DNA of 64,000 bases from Marsupella aquatica (taxonomy: Eukaryota > Plantae > Marchantiophyta), in contig OZ316898.1 of NCBI GenBank assembly GCA_973895155.1, positions 19,789,292 through 19,853,291 on the forward strand, in the 5' to 3' direction. The translations under genes and the position numbers were made by a program. Within the stretch, counting starts at the first letter, position 1. Every line of letters starts with the position of its first letter. Under the pieces are notes generated by a model. That model made no database searches. It had not been told where the DNA came from and saw only the letters and a list, made by a program, of their open reading frames with translations. This document shows, in pieces, positions 14,384 through 25,996 of the stretch.

Positions 14384-14826
14384 TGTTGAGCATAGACGAC
14401 ATTCGTAACGGCAAGCCCATGAACCATCCAACGCACAATAGTCGACACAGAGAGATACGTGGTTCACTTCCACATGAGGCTACGTCCAGGGGAACACACA
14501 AGAGCTTTACTGCACTCTAGGCCCATCCAACGCACAATAGTCGACACAGAGAGATACGTGGTTCACTTCCACATGAGGCTACGTCCACGGGAACACACAA
14601 GAGCTTTACTGCACTCTAGGCCGATCGTCCATACCAAGCATCCACAACACAAGCTCTCCCTATCTCTCAACTAGCTCCGTAACAATGAGCCTAAGTTCCA
14701 CCAGGGTCTGGCATCAGCCCTGGCTATATGCACAACAGCACTACCGCTAACATTAGCTAAGTACTAACCCGAGTTAGCCTAACTGTAGTTAGCTCATGAG
14801 TCACAAGACTAGAGCAATATCTAACA
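14384..14826 (-). repeat. 3' LTR of element A (443 bp; includes a 99-bp internal tandem duplication)
   Basis: Matches 26966-27309 apart from the duplication 14424-14522/14523-14621 and roughly 9 substitutions. Confidence 0.93.
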
Positions 14827-15033
14827 AACTCCCCCTTGACTCTTGTCTTGGGGACTGAACTAAATGCTACCATATGGAATCCTCAACGGGAAGTTCTAGA
14901 CAATCACCAAACCAAGTCTCCCCCTAAAAACCACAAGGGTTAACTAAGGGTTAACTAGAACTAAGCCGTAGGCTAACAGGAATGAGTAATCCATATACAA
15001 ATAGTCACACATTGCTAAATAACTCTACTTGCA

Positions 15034-18000
15034 CTACAATTGCAAAACCTGCAAAGTAGCACGGTGTCTTGAGAAACTCTCCAAATGAATCACTTTGGTA
15101 AAGGCATCAGCGGGATTGAGCTTTCCATCAATCTTGACTAGCCCAAAAGTTTTATCAGACACTGCTTGCCTGATAAAATGGTACCTGATATCAATGTGCT
15201 TCACCCTGCTATCCATCACCTGGTTAGCAGCCAAGTGAAGAGCACTCTGACTATCACAGTTTAGAGTCATTTTGCCATGCTCTAAACCCATTTCCGCGAT
15301 CAACTTATCCAACCAAATTGCTTCCTTTGCTGCTTCTGCTGCTGCAACATACTCTGCTTCTGTAGTAGACTGAGAAATGCACTTCTGCAAGGTAGATTTG
15401 CAACTGATACATCCTCCTCCAAGAGTGTATACAAACCCTAAAAGTTGTAGACCTCCTTGTATCCAGACAGCCTCCATAGTCAGAATCTACATAGCCAACT
15501 AACGTTCTATCTGATCTGTTATCAAATAGTAATCCATAGTCCTGTGTTCCCTTCACATACCTAAGAATCCATTTCACAGCTTCCCAATGTACCTTCCCTG
15601 GATTTGACATGAATCTACTAACCTTGCCCATCGCTAGGGCCAAGTCAGGCCTAGTACAAGTCATCAAATACATCAGACTGCCTACTGCTTTCTCATAAGG
15701 AATCTTAGCTATTAGACCTTTCTCCACAGCATCCGTAGGAGAGAAAGCCGATGATAACTTGAAATGTGAAGCTAAAGGAATACTCACTGGCTTACAGTTC
15801 TCCATGTTGAATTGTGCAAGTACTTTCCTCGCATACTGGCCTTGACTCAAGCACAACTGTCCAGTCTCAGAGTTCCTAAAAATCTCCATCCCTAAGATCC
15901 TCTTGGCCATACCAAGATTCTTCATCCTGAATTCAACACTCAATTTTGCCTTGAGACTGTCAACCTCAGATTGATCTTTAGCCACAATCAGCATGTCATC
16001 CACATAGATCACCATAATGATGAAACCGAATACATCATTCTTGACTGATTTTGTATACACACAAGGATCATACACCATCCTTGTAAAACCTTGAGCAAGC
16101 ATGAAATCATCAAACCGCTTGTTCCACTGTCTGGGAGACTGCTTCAATCCATACAAGGACTTGAGCAATCTGCAAACTAGGTTCTCTTGGCCCTTCTTCA
16201 TAAAGCCTAGTGGCTGTCTCATGAAGATCAACTCTTCCAAGTTGCCATAGAGAAAAGCAGTAACAATATCCATCTGATCCATCACCAGACCAAAAAACAC
16301 AACAAGTTGACACAAGATCCAAATTGTGGAATACTTAGCCACCGGTGAAAAGACCTCATTGTAATCCACTCATTTCTCCTTAGTGAACCCCTTGGCAACA
16401 AGCCTTGCCTTGTAGATCTTGTCTCCACCCTCTGAAGGACTATCCTTCAACTTGTAAATTCACTTGCTGTCTACCACTTGCTGACCTCTTGGAAGCTCCA
16501 CCAGCTCCCATGTCTTGTTGTCACTCAAAGATTGCAACTCCCTCTGCATTGCTGCATTCCACTCATGCTTCTGCTCTGAAGCACAAGCCTCACTGTACGA
16601 AGAAGGCTCTCCTTCTTCCAAGATCAAAGTCATGTCATCTTCATCAGGTGCAATGTCAATATCATCTAGCTTAGATGAGTCTGCCCATTGACCATACCTG
16701 GTAGGAGCTCTAGTAGAACGTCTGGAAGTTCTTCTAGTAGATGACTCAGGCTGATCTGCTGCTGCTGGTTGAATTTGAGGTACCCCAGCAACAATCTGCT
16801 CCTCTTGTTCCATCACAGGAACCAGCTCCAAGCCCGAAGCTTCTTCATCTCTCCTGTCATGAACATCATCATGACTAATCTCCCCCTCAACCCCGTCCGG
16901 GATGGGAGATTTCCCCTTGTCAGTATGGGAGTCCTGATAACTCTCCCCCTCCTTTGATGATCTGAACTCATTAAAGGACACATCTCTACTAACAATTAGC
17001 TTACAGGTTACTGGATCCCAAAACCTATAACCCTTCACACCTTTCTGATATCCAAGGAAAATGCACTTCTTGGACTTGGACTCCAGCTTGGATCGAAGCT
17101 GAGAAGGTGTAAGCATATTAGCATCACATCCAAAAATCCTCAGATGTGAGTAATCTGCTGGACGCCCGTACCTCATTTCAAATGGCGTCTTGAATCCAAT
17201 AGAACTGGATGGAGAAAAATTTACCAAATAAGCTGCAGTGTTGACAGCTTCAGCCCAAAACTCATGTGGTAAGCATGATTGACTCAACATACTCCTCGAG
17301 CGGTCCAATAGTGTTCGGTTGAGTCTCTCAGAAACACCATTCTACTGAGGAGTATAACTTGTTGTGAGATGGCGGGTGATCCCCTGCTCCTTACAATACG
17401 TTCCAAATTCCCCAGAACTGTATTCACCGCCATTATCCGATCAAAAATATCTCACCTTATTACCAGTCTGATTCTCAACTTGGGCTTTCCACTCCTTAAA
17501 AGTGGCAAAAATATCAGACTTATTGTGTAGAAAGTATATCCACACATACCTTGAGTAATCGTCTATGAACGTGACATAGTATAACCGTCCAGAATGTGAG
17601 GGAGTAGGGGCTGGACCCCACACATCACTATGTACATACTCAAGTACCTCCTTGCTGGTGTGAGTTCCAACTCCGAAGGGTTTCATGTGCTGCTTCCCAA
17701 GCACACAGTGCTCACAAAATTCCAAATTACAAGATTGCAAATTAAAAAGTAATCCTTTCTTCTAAAGAATAACCAAACCTTTTTCACTCATGTGACCCAA
17801 ACGGAAGTGCCACAGCCGGGCCGTCTTCTCATGAGATAAGTTTACATTGGCTTCATCACAGACTACACTGCCCTCCAAAACGTATAGATTGCTATGTCTC
17901 TTTCCCTTCAATACAACTTTAGTACCAGTTGAAACCTGAAGGACACCATTAGCAGAACTCCATTGATGGCCATTTGCTTCTAAAACTCCAAGTGAAATGA

Positions 18001-19313
18001 GATTTTTCATCATGCTGGGAATGTGTCTCACATTCCTCAACGTTCTCACAGCACCATCAAACATCTGAAATCTTACAGATCCAAGTCCAACAACTTGACA
18101 TGGGATTCCATTTCCCATCAACACTGACCCGTTGGAAACCGTGTAAGAACTGAAAAATTTTCTCCTAAAGCAAATGTGAAAAGTACATGCACTATCTATA
18201 ATCCAATCATCACTACCTGGATTTGACACTACGTTGAGAGCATAACCTTGACATCACAATATGTCATCATCATCGAGTAAATCTACCTCATGCGAGCTCG
18301 ATGCCGCGTTAGCAGAGGCAGTAGGGACCTTTACTCGACAATCCCTTTTCATGTGGCCAGGCTTGTCACAATTCCAACATGCAAGAGGCTTCCTCGATCT
18401 CTTGCGATTTCCCTCTGGATTTAGATCTCCCCCGTGATGTAGATCTAAACCTGTTTTGCCCATTCGTGCGTTGCACTGCTCTTCCCCTGTTCACATTGAG
18501 CGTAGTGCCAGAAGAAGATGTTGTCTGTGATTGACCCAGCTTCTTTTGAGCATCATCAGATAGTAAAGAACTCACCACCTCATTATACGAAATGGACTTC
18601 AGATCTCTGTACAAGAGCACCTGTTTCAAGCCTTGATATGACGGCGGTAAGGAGCTTAGCAAAAGCAAGGCCTTATCCTCATCTTCAACTCCTTTTCCCA
18701 GGTTTGACAGATCCACTGCTAGACTGTCAAACTCATCCAGGTGATCCTGCATCTTGCTCCCTTCCTTGAGCCTGAGGCTCATCAAGAGAGACTTCTTGTA
18801 TAGCCGGTCTGACGCATCTTCCCGGTAGTACTTCTCTTGTAGAGCCTTGAACAGTGACGCGCAATCCGCATAATCATCCAGTTGCTTGATGATGTGCGGC
18901 TTGAGATATAGCATCACTGCATTGACAGCAATCACCTGCTCCTATCTCCATTGTCTCACAGAAATCTCCTCCTCTCCATCATACTGCTCTCGCGATGAAA
19001 GCAGATGAGCTAAGCCCATTGCACGAAGAACACCCTTCACTTGCTTCTCCCACAGCAAGTAATCAGTACGTCCATCGTACTTCTCCACCTCAAACTTTAC
19101 TCCTCCAAATCTAGCCATCTCTCTCTTCTTCCCAACTACCAACAACTCTGGTAGTAGAACAGCTTCCTCCACTACACGTCGCATTGGTGATCGTACCGGT
19201 GAAACCTGTTCCTCCTCAAAGGGTAGCAGCTCCTCCTCAGACTCTCCGTCTGACCGTCGTGAACCTGAAGCTTCACCGACTCCAATTCTCCCAATCTCCT
19301 CCGAGTCACTCAT
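15034..19313 (-). pseudogene. Disrupted gag-pol of copia element A
   Basis: Fragments: gag 19313-18254 (KFEVEKYDG, CWNCDKPGHMKRDC), PR (WIIDSACTFH), IN (HFRLGH..CEHC, HSDVWG), RT (YVDD), RNase H (TTEAEY, CDSQSA). Broken by several stops and frameshifts. Confidence 0.92.
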
Positions 19314-19708
19314 ATGAGAGAATCACCACACAACCAAATTGCGAGAGGCCACAGGCCGTGGGTTGTGGGTGCCAACCCACACAACCAAAGATGAATCGGT
19401 CACAGGCCGTGGGCTGTAGGTGCTAGCCAGGCTGCAAGGGGCCACAGTGTTGAGCATAGACGACGATCGCAACGGCAAGCCCATGAACCATCCAACGCAC
19501 AATAGTCGACACAAGAGATACGTGGTTCACCTCCTTGAGGCTACGTCCACGGGAATACACAAGAGAGCTTTACTAAACTCTAAGCCCGTCGGCTATACCG
19601 AGTCTCCACAGTGTAAGCTCTCCCTATCTCTCAAGTGGCTCCATAACAATGAGCCTTGGTTCTACCTCTCCAAGCACACATGCCTCTTATGATATAGTGT
19701 GCAACTTA

Positions 19709-19886
19709 GTTGTACCTAACCACATAGTTGTACCTAACCACATAGTTGTACCTAATCACGTAGTTGTACCTAACCACATAGTTGTACCTAATCACGTAGT
19801 TGTACCTAACCACATAGTTGTACCTAATCACGTAGTTGTACCTAACCACGTAGTTGTACCAACCCACGTTGTTGTACCAACCACGT
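19709..19886. repeat. 18-bp VNTR in B 3' LTR (10 units, GTTGTACCTAA(C/T)CAC(A/G)TA)
   Basis: Counted directly; head-to-tail with no spacers. Confidence 0.92.
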
Positions 19887-20113
19887 CATACCTAACCTAG
19901 ACGTAAGAGTAAATACCCAACAATCTTCCCCTTGACTCTGGTCTAGGGGAGAGTAATACTGCCAATGTATATGATCCCTCAGCGGGAAGTTCTGGACAGA
20001 AACCAAACCGGTTTCCCTCTCTAACTAGAGCAAACCAGAACTAAGCCGTAGCCTAATACATAGGAATGAGGAAGAGCATATATCAGTAATTATAATGAAT
20101 GTTTAAGAAAACT

Positions 20114-23100
20114 CTACTTGTGATGCAATTGCAAAACCTGCAATACGTCACGGTGTCTAGAGAAACTCTCCAAAGGAATCACTTTGGTAAATGCGTCAGC
20201 CGGGTTGAGTTTACCATCAATCTTGACTAGCTCAAACAAATTATCAGACACAGCCTGCCTAATAAAATGGTACCTGACGTCAATGTGCTTCACTCTGCTG
20301 TCCATCACCTGGTTCACAGCAAGGTGGAGCGCACTTTGACTATCACAATGGAGCTTCACATTCCCCTGTGGCAATCCCATTTCAGTGATAAGTCTATCCA
20401 ACCAAATCGCTTCCTTTGCTGCTTCCGCAGCTGCAACATACTCCGCTTCTGTAGTAGACTGAGCAATACACTTCTGCAAAGTAGACCTCCAACTTATGCA
20501 TCCACCGCCAAGTGTGAACACGTATCCTGTTGTTGATCTCCTTCGGTCCAAATCTTGTCCATAGTCAGAATCTACATAGCCAATCAATGATCTAGCATTC
20601 TTTGCATTCGCATCAAATAAAAGACCATGATCCACGGTACCCTTCAAGTACCTGATAATCCACTTCACTGCTTCCCAGTGTACCTTCTCTGGATTTGACA
20701 TGTACCTGCTCACCTTGCCCATAGCCATGGCAAGATCAGGTCTAGTGCAAGTCATCAAATACATGAGACTCCCCACTGCCTTGTCATATGGAACCTTTGA
20801 CATCAACCCCTTCTCTGTGTCATCCGTAGGACAGAACGCTGATGATAACTTGAAGTGTGGAGTCAACGGGGTACTTACTGGCTTGCTATTCTCCATGTTG
20901 AACCTTGCAATTACTTTCCTCGCATAACTGCTCTGCGTCAACCATAGCTTGCCAGCCTCCAAGTCCCTAGTGATCTCCATACCCAAAATCCTCTTAGCTG
21001 GCCCTAAGTCCTTCATCTTAAACTCTGCACTAAGCAGTGCCTTGAGCTTAACAATCTCAGACCTATCCTTGGCTGCAATTAGCATGTCATCCACATAAAG
21101 TACTAAAACAATGAACCCAAAGACAACATTCTTCACCGGTTTCAAATACACACAAGGGTCAAATACACTTCTGTGAAAACCTTGTGACCGAATCCAATCG
21201 TCAAACCGCTTGTTCCACTGTCTTGGTGACTGCTTCAACCCATACAAGGATTTCAGCAATCTGCAAACCAATTCCTCCTGTCCTCTCTTCACAAAACCTA
21301 GCGGTTGTCTCATGAAGATCACCTCTTCCAATGTGCCATAGAGGAAAGCTGTGACAACATCCATCTGATCTAGGAGCAGACCAAACATTACAACAAGTAC
21401 ACACAATAGTCGTATTGTAGAGTACTTAGCAACTGGTGAGAAGACCTCATTGTAATCCACACCTTTCTCTTGTGTGAATCCCTTTGCTACCAATCTAGCC
21501 TTGTAGACCTTCGATCCACCTCCTATGGAATTATCCTTCAGCTTGTAAATCCACTTGCTGTCCACCACTTGCTGACCCTTAGGCAGCTTAACAAGCTCCC
21601 AAGTTTTGTTGTCCTTTAGTGACTGCATCTCCGTTTGCATTGCTGCAGTCCACTTCTGCTTCTCCTTTGAAGCACTTGCCTCATGAAATGAAGAAGGTTC
21701 TCCTTCTTCCAAAATTAACGCATCACCCTCATCATCAGCTGTAAAATCATCCTCTTGCAGTTGAGATGAATCAACCCACTGTCCATACCTTGATGGAGCG
21801 CGTACAGTGCGACCAGATGTTCTTCTAGCCGATGACTCCGGTTGATCTGCGTGTGCTGGTACAATTTGAAGCTCAACAGCATCCACTTGCTGCTCACCAG
21901 CATCAACAAACTCCTCTGGTTCCTCTGGCACAAGAACCAGCTCCATAATTGGAGCAACTTCTTCTCTCCGGTCATGCACCTCATAACCAATCTCCCCCTC
22001 AACGAGATCCGGGATAGGAGATTTTCCTTTGTCAGTACGGGAGACCTGAGTATTCTCCCCCTCCTTCAATAATCTGGATTCATTGAAGGAAACATCCCTA
22101 CTGACAACGAGCTTACAGGCAATAGGATCCCATAGCCTATAGGCTTTCACACCACTCTGGTACCCAAGAAAAACACATTTCCTGGAGGTAGGATCCAACT
22201 TGGTCCTATTCTGCTTTGGTGTGAGAGCATATGCATCACTTCCAAAAATTACCAAGCCATGATAGTCTGCTTGCCGCTTATAGCGCATCTCAAACGGCGT
22301 TTTGAAATTGATAGCACTAGAAGGAGAAAGATTTACCAAATAAGCTGCGGTATTGACAGCTTCTGCCCAAAATTCTTGTGGTAAACCTGATTGGCTCAAC
22401 ATACTCCGTGACCGCTCCAACAGTGTCCGATTGAGCCTCTCAGCGACACCATTCTGCTGCGGAGTATAAACTGTGGTGAGATGGCGAGTTATCCCCTGTT
22501 CTGAACAGTACTCTTCAAATTCCATTGAAGTGTACTCCCCGCCGTTGTCTGACCTCAGACTCTTCACCCTTGTATCCAAACACTTGATCGTGTTTCCAGT
22601 CTGATTCTCCACCTGGGCCTTCCACTTCTTAAAATTGGACAAGACATCAGACTTATGCGTCATGAAATAAATCCACACAAATCTTGAGTAATCATCAATA
22701 AATGATACATAGTACAACTTTCCAGAGTGTGAGGGAGTCGGGGATGGACCCCACACGTCACTATGTATGTACTCAAGAACCGCTTTGGAACGATGAGTTC
22801 CAACACCAAAAGCACGACGATGCTGCTTTCCAAGAATGCAATGCTCACAAAACTCTAATTTACAAGATTGCAAATCAGAAATGAGTCCATTCTTCCGTAA
22901 GATAGCCAAACCCTTCTCACTCATGTGGCCTAGCCGTGAATGCCACAGTTGAGTCATCTCCTCGTGAGACTTGGTTACATTGGCCTCTCCACATACAGTA
23001 TTGCCCTGTAACACATACAAATTCTTTTGTCTACTCCCCTTCAAAATCACTGTCTCTCCCGACCTGACTTGAAGTTCACCATCAATAACGCTCCATTGAT

Positions 23101-23386
23101 GACCATTTGAATCCAACACACCGAGTGAAATCAGATTCTTACGCATGCCAGGTACATACCTGACTCCGGACACTGTGCGCACAGCGCCATCAAACATTTG
23201 AATCTTCACAGACCCAATTCCCTCAATTTGACAGGAGTGATCATTTCCCATCAGAACTGAACCGTTTGAAATAGAGTAAGAACTGAAAAACTCACGAATG
23301 TAACAAATATGAAAAGAGCAAGCACAATCAAGAATCCACACATCATCTGCTCTCCTAGATGACGTGCACAGGGCATACCCCCGGCT
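20114..23386 (-). CDS. pol: copia pol (PR-IN-RT-RNase H) of element B, in frame with gag behind a single UGA
   Basis: 1075-aa open ORF plus 15 upstream in-frame codons; WILDCACSFH, HSRLGH..CEHC, HSDVWG/RSDNGGEY/GVAER, LYVDDML, YVDSDY..TEAEY..CDSQSA..ADAFTK. Confidence 0.95.
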   Translation of the reverse strand, partial: SRGYALCTSSRRADDVWILDCACSFHICYIREFFSSYSISNGSVLMGNDHSCQIEGIGSVKIQMFDGAVRTVSGVRYVPGMRKNLISLGVLDSNGHQWSVIDGELQVRSGETVILKGSRQKNLYVLQGNTVCGEANVTKSHEEMTQLWHSRLGHMSEKGLAILRKNGLISDLQSCKLEFCEHCILGKQHRRAFGVGTHRSKAVLEYIHSDVWGPSPTPSHSGKLYYVSFIDDYSRFVWIYFMTHKSDVLSNFKKWKAQVENQTGNTIKCLDTRVKSLRSDNGGEYTSMEFEEYCSEQGITRHLTTVYTPQQNGVAERLNRTLLERSRSMLSQSGLPQEFWAEAVNTAAYLVNLSPSSAINFKTPFEMRYKRQADYHGLVIFGSDAYALTPKQNRTKLDPTSRKCVFLGYQSGVKAYRLWDPIACKLVVSRDVSFNESRLLKEGENTQVSRTDKGKSPIPDLVEGEIGYEVHDRREEVAPIMELVLVPEEPEEFVDAGEQQVDAVELQIVPAHADQPESSARRTSGRTVRAPSRYGQWVDSSQLQEDDFTADDEGDALILEEGEPSSFHEASASKEKQKWTAAMQTEMQSLKDNKTWELVKLPKGQQVVDSKWIYKLKDNSIGGGSKVYKARLVAKGFTQEKGVDYNEVFSPVAKYSTIRLLCVLVVMFGLLLDQMDVVTAFLYGTLEEVIFMRQPLGFVKRGQEELVCRLLKSLYGLKQSPRQWNKRFDDWIRSQGFHRSVFDPCVYLKPVKNVVFGFIVLVLYVDDMLIAAKDRSEIVKLKALLSAEFKMKDLGPAKRILGMEITRDLEAGKLWLTQSSYARKVIARFNMENSKPVSTPLTPHFKLSSAFCPTDDTEKGLMSKVPYDKAVGSLMYLMTCTRPDLAMAMGKVSRYMSNPEKVHWEAVKWIIRYLKGTVDHGLLFDANAKNARSLIGYVDSDYGQDLDRRRSTTGYVFTLGGGCISWRSTLQKCIAQSTTEAEYVAAAEAAKEAIWLDRLITEMGLPQGNVKLHCDSQSALHLAVNQVMDSRVKHIDVRYHFIRQAVSDNLFELVKIDGKLNPADAFTKVIPLESFSRHRDVLQVLQLHHK

Positions 23387-24421
23387 TCATAAAACATACT
23401 CATCATTGAGTAAATCAGCTTCTCCATCAGCCCTAGCCACATTTGCCGATGAAGTTTCCGCTGCCTTTCCCTTACAGTCTCGCTTGAAGTGTCCAACTTG
23501 GTTGCACTTCCAACATGTCACCTGCCTCCTCTGAGGGGATTTACCCTTGGACTTAGATCTGGATTTAGATCTAAACTGGGTTCTACGGTCCCCAGTTGGT
23601 CGCTGCATACTCCTCCCACGGTTAACATTGAGGGCAGCACCAGATGATGAAGGCTGTGACGTGATGTGCATCTTCTGCTGAAGATCATCACTAAGCAGAG
23701 AACTTACCACGTCATTGTATGAAATGGTATCCCTATCACGATGCAACAACACTCGTGATAGGGACTGGTAAGATGGAGGCAATGAACTAAGAAGCTGCAG
23801 AGCCTTCGTCTCATCATTCAAAGTCTCCCCAAGGTTTTCCAAGTCAACGACCATGTCGTTGAAAGCATCCACATGGTCTTGCAACTTTGTACCAGATTCC
23901 TTCATCCTGAAACTCATCAGTTTGTAGGAAGTGTAGAGCCGGTTCGACAACTCCTTGCGGTGATACTTGCTCTGCAATTCCGCAAATAAGGACATGCAAT
24001 CCTTATGTGCACCCAACTGCTTGATGATGGGAGGCATGAGATAGAGTGTAACACACCACACTCCCTGCTCCTGCATGCGGTCCCATTGTTTCTCATCAAC
24101 ATCGTCTTCACGAGGGCTCAGCAGTTGGCCCATCCCTGACGCATAAAGCACTCCCTTCACCTGCTTCTCCCATAGCAAGTAATCAGAGCGCCCATCATAC
24201 TTTGTCACTTCATACTTGGGTCCCCCAAGCTTGAAAGTCCCCATCTTCTTCTTTACCGTGAGCTCCGGTAGTAGTACTGCTTCCTCCACCACACGCCGCA
24301 CCGGTGATGGTATCGGTGTCACGTGCTCTTCCTCCTGCTCCTCTCTCTGCCCCTGAAACCTCCGCGGTGACCCTCGTGCTTCAAGTTCCACGTCTTCGAA
24401 AAACTCCTCCGAATCACTCAT
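23387..24421 (-). CDS. gag: copia gag of element B (344 aa)
   Basis: KYEVTKYDG, ALQLLSSLPPSY, zinc knuckle CWKCNQVGHFKRDC; ends at TGA 23389-23387. Confidence 0.93.
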   Translation of the reverse strand: MSDSEEFFEDVELEARGSPRRFQGQREEQEEEHVTPIPSPVRRVVEEAVLLPELTVKKKMGTFKLGGPKYEVTKYDGRSDYLLWEKQVKGVLYASGMGQLLSPREDDVDEKQWDRMQEQGVWCVTLYLMPPIIKQLGAHKDCMSLFAELQSKYHRKELSNRLYTSYKLMSFRMKESGTKLQDHVDAFNDMVVDLENLGETLNDETKALQLLSSLPPSYQSLSRVLLHRDRDTISYNDVVSSLLSDDLQQKMHITSQPSSSGAALNVNRGRSMQRPTGDRRTQFRSKSRSKSKGKSPQRRQVTCWKCNQVGHFKRDCKGKAAETSSANVARADGEADLLNDEYVL

Positions 24422-25575
24422 ATGAGAAAGTCACAAAAAATGTTGTTTTTCACAACTTCTCAAAAAACTCGAAACTCAACACCGCCGCGTAGCCCACAAA
24501 GCTAGGAGTCCAATACTGAAAACCGAAATCAAAATCGAAATTTGACGGAAAAGTTATTCAAATTTCGGTCGAGGTGGGTAAAACCTTGGGAAACTCCCCC
24601 GTTTTGACCACCTCAGGGAATAACCGAAATACCAAGTACAACCCGTTGTCGGAATTGCGATGTGATTGGTGCGCTGCATTGCCAACTTCAATGGCTACGA
24701 CCTCGCCGAAAAATAACCAAAAAAGTTACCGTTCGGCGGATGAAATCTTTGTCGGACGGTCAAAAAATAGCTCTCTGGTTTTTTGGAATATTCTATGACC
24801 CTTGTACAGGCCCTGTGGGAATTTTGGAAGAACAATCGAGGGGCTGACATGTGTCCTCGAACCCCCAAAACCCCCTACCACCCTTCGTCGTCGAAATCTG
24901 GTCGCGCGCGCAGAAAATACACACGGCAGAATGTACCCCTCGACACCAAACGCAAGATATCTCACTCGGGTTTTGACTAAATCAAGATCCGATTTCAGAT
25001 TTGGAAACTAGACTCCGAGGCGATGAAGATCGATATAAGAAGCACCCAAAACGAGGAAAGAACGAGGGAGAAAAAAATTGGTAAAGATGACAGATTTCTC
25101 TCAATTGCCATAGCCAATTTCGAATCAGTTTTTCAAAGAGAAAAAAATGGTACCTTGTCAACAACGAATGTTGATCAATTGCACTTGGTGCCGTCACCAA
25201 GTCCAACAAGGTAATTGATTTTGCTTAGCCTTCCTCTTTGCATCAAAGAGCCAATCCCGGACTCAAAAACAATCGTCTTGCCTCAATCTCTCCGTTGAGT
25301 CAAAACACTTGACGCTTCTCCCTCCGAGTCGATTGCCAACTTTCTTCACAAAATCCAGAACGATGAAAACTTAGATCTCTCTGCACCACGAGCTCCGTTC
25401 AACGATTTCTTCACACCGTTAGAAAGCTCTTGCCCTGATCTATCCGTTGAGCCCATAAACTCCAAGTTCCATGCGATGGAACTCTGGAAAATCCACCAAC
25501 ACTCAACGCTGGAAAAACCGTCATGAAATCCCGTCACGAACACACGTCACCTCCCAAGCATGCTCTGATACCAAT

Positions 25576-25996
25576 TGTTGAGCATAGACGACGATCGCAA
25601 CGGCAAGCCCATGAACCATCCAACGCACAATAGTCGACACAAGAGATACGTGGTTCACCTCCTTGAGGCTACGTCCACGGGAATACACAAGAGAGCTTTA
25701 CTAAACTCTAAGCCCGTCGGCTATACCGAGTCTCCACAGTGTAAGCTCTCCCTATCTCTCAAGTGGCTCCATAACAATGAGCCTTGGTTCTACCTCTCCA
25801 AGCACACATGCCTCTTATGATATAGTGTGCAACATAGTTGTACCTAATCACGTAGTTGTACCTAACCACATAGTTGTACCTAATCACGTAGTTGTACCTA
25901 ACCACATAGTTGTACCTAATCACGTAGTTGTACCAACCCACGTTGTTGTACCAACCACGTCATACCTAACCTAGACGTAAGAGTAAATACCCAACA
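25576..25996 (-). repeat. 5' LTR of element B (421 bp, 7 VNTR units)
   Basis: Adjacent to PBS; 54 bp (3 x 18) shorter than the 3' LTR. Confidence 0.94.

Larger units (their letters stand above)
19448..25996 (-). mobile_element. Ty1/copia LTR retrotransposon B, young and apparently intact, nested in the 5' leader of A
   Basis: LTRs 19448-19922 and 25576-25996, nearly identical except VNTR copy number; TSD CACAG at 19443-19447 and 25997-26001; PBS 25562-25573; PPT 19923-19933. Confidence 0.96.

Noticed and set aside
19709-19886. 18-bp repeats as a CRISPR array or a VVPNH-repeat protein
   Set aside because: Head-to-tail units with no unique spacers, no cas genes, located inside LTRs; the ORFs are by-products of a period divisible by 3
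23387-23389. gag-pol UGA as selenocysteine or random decay
   Set aside because: Land plants lack the Sec machinery; decay is unlikely because the same stop sits at the homologous codon in two diverged families
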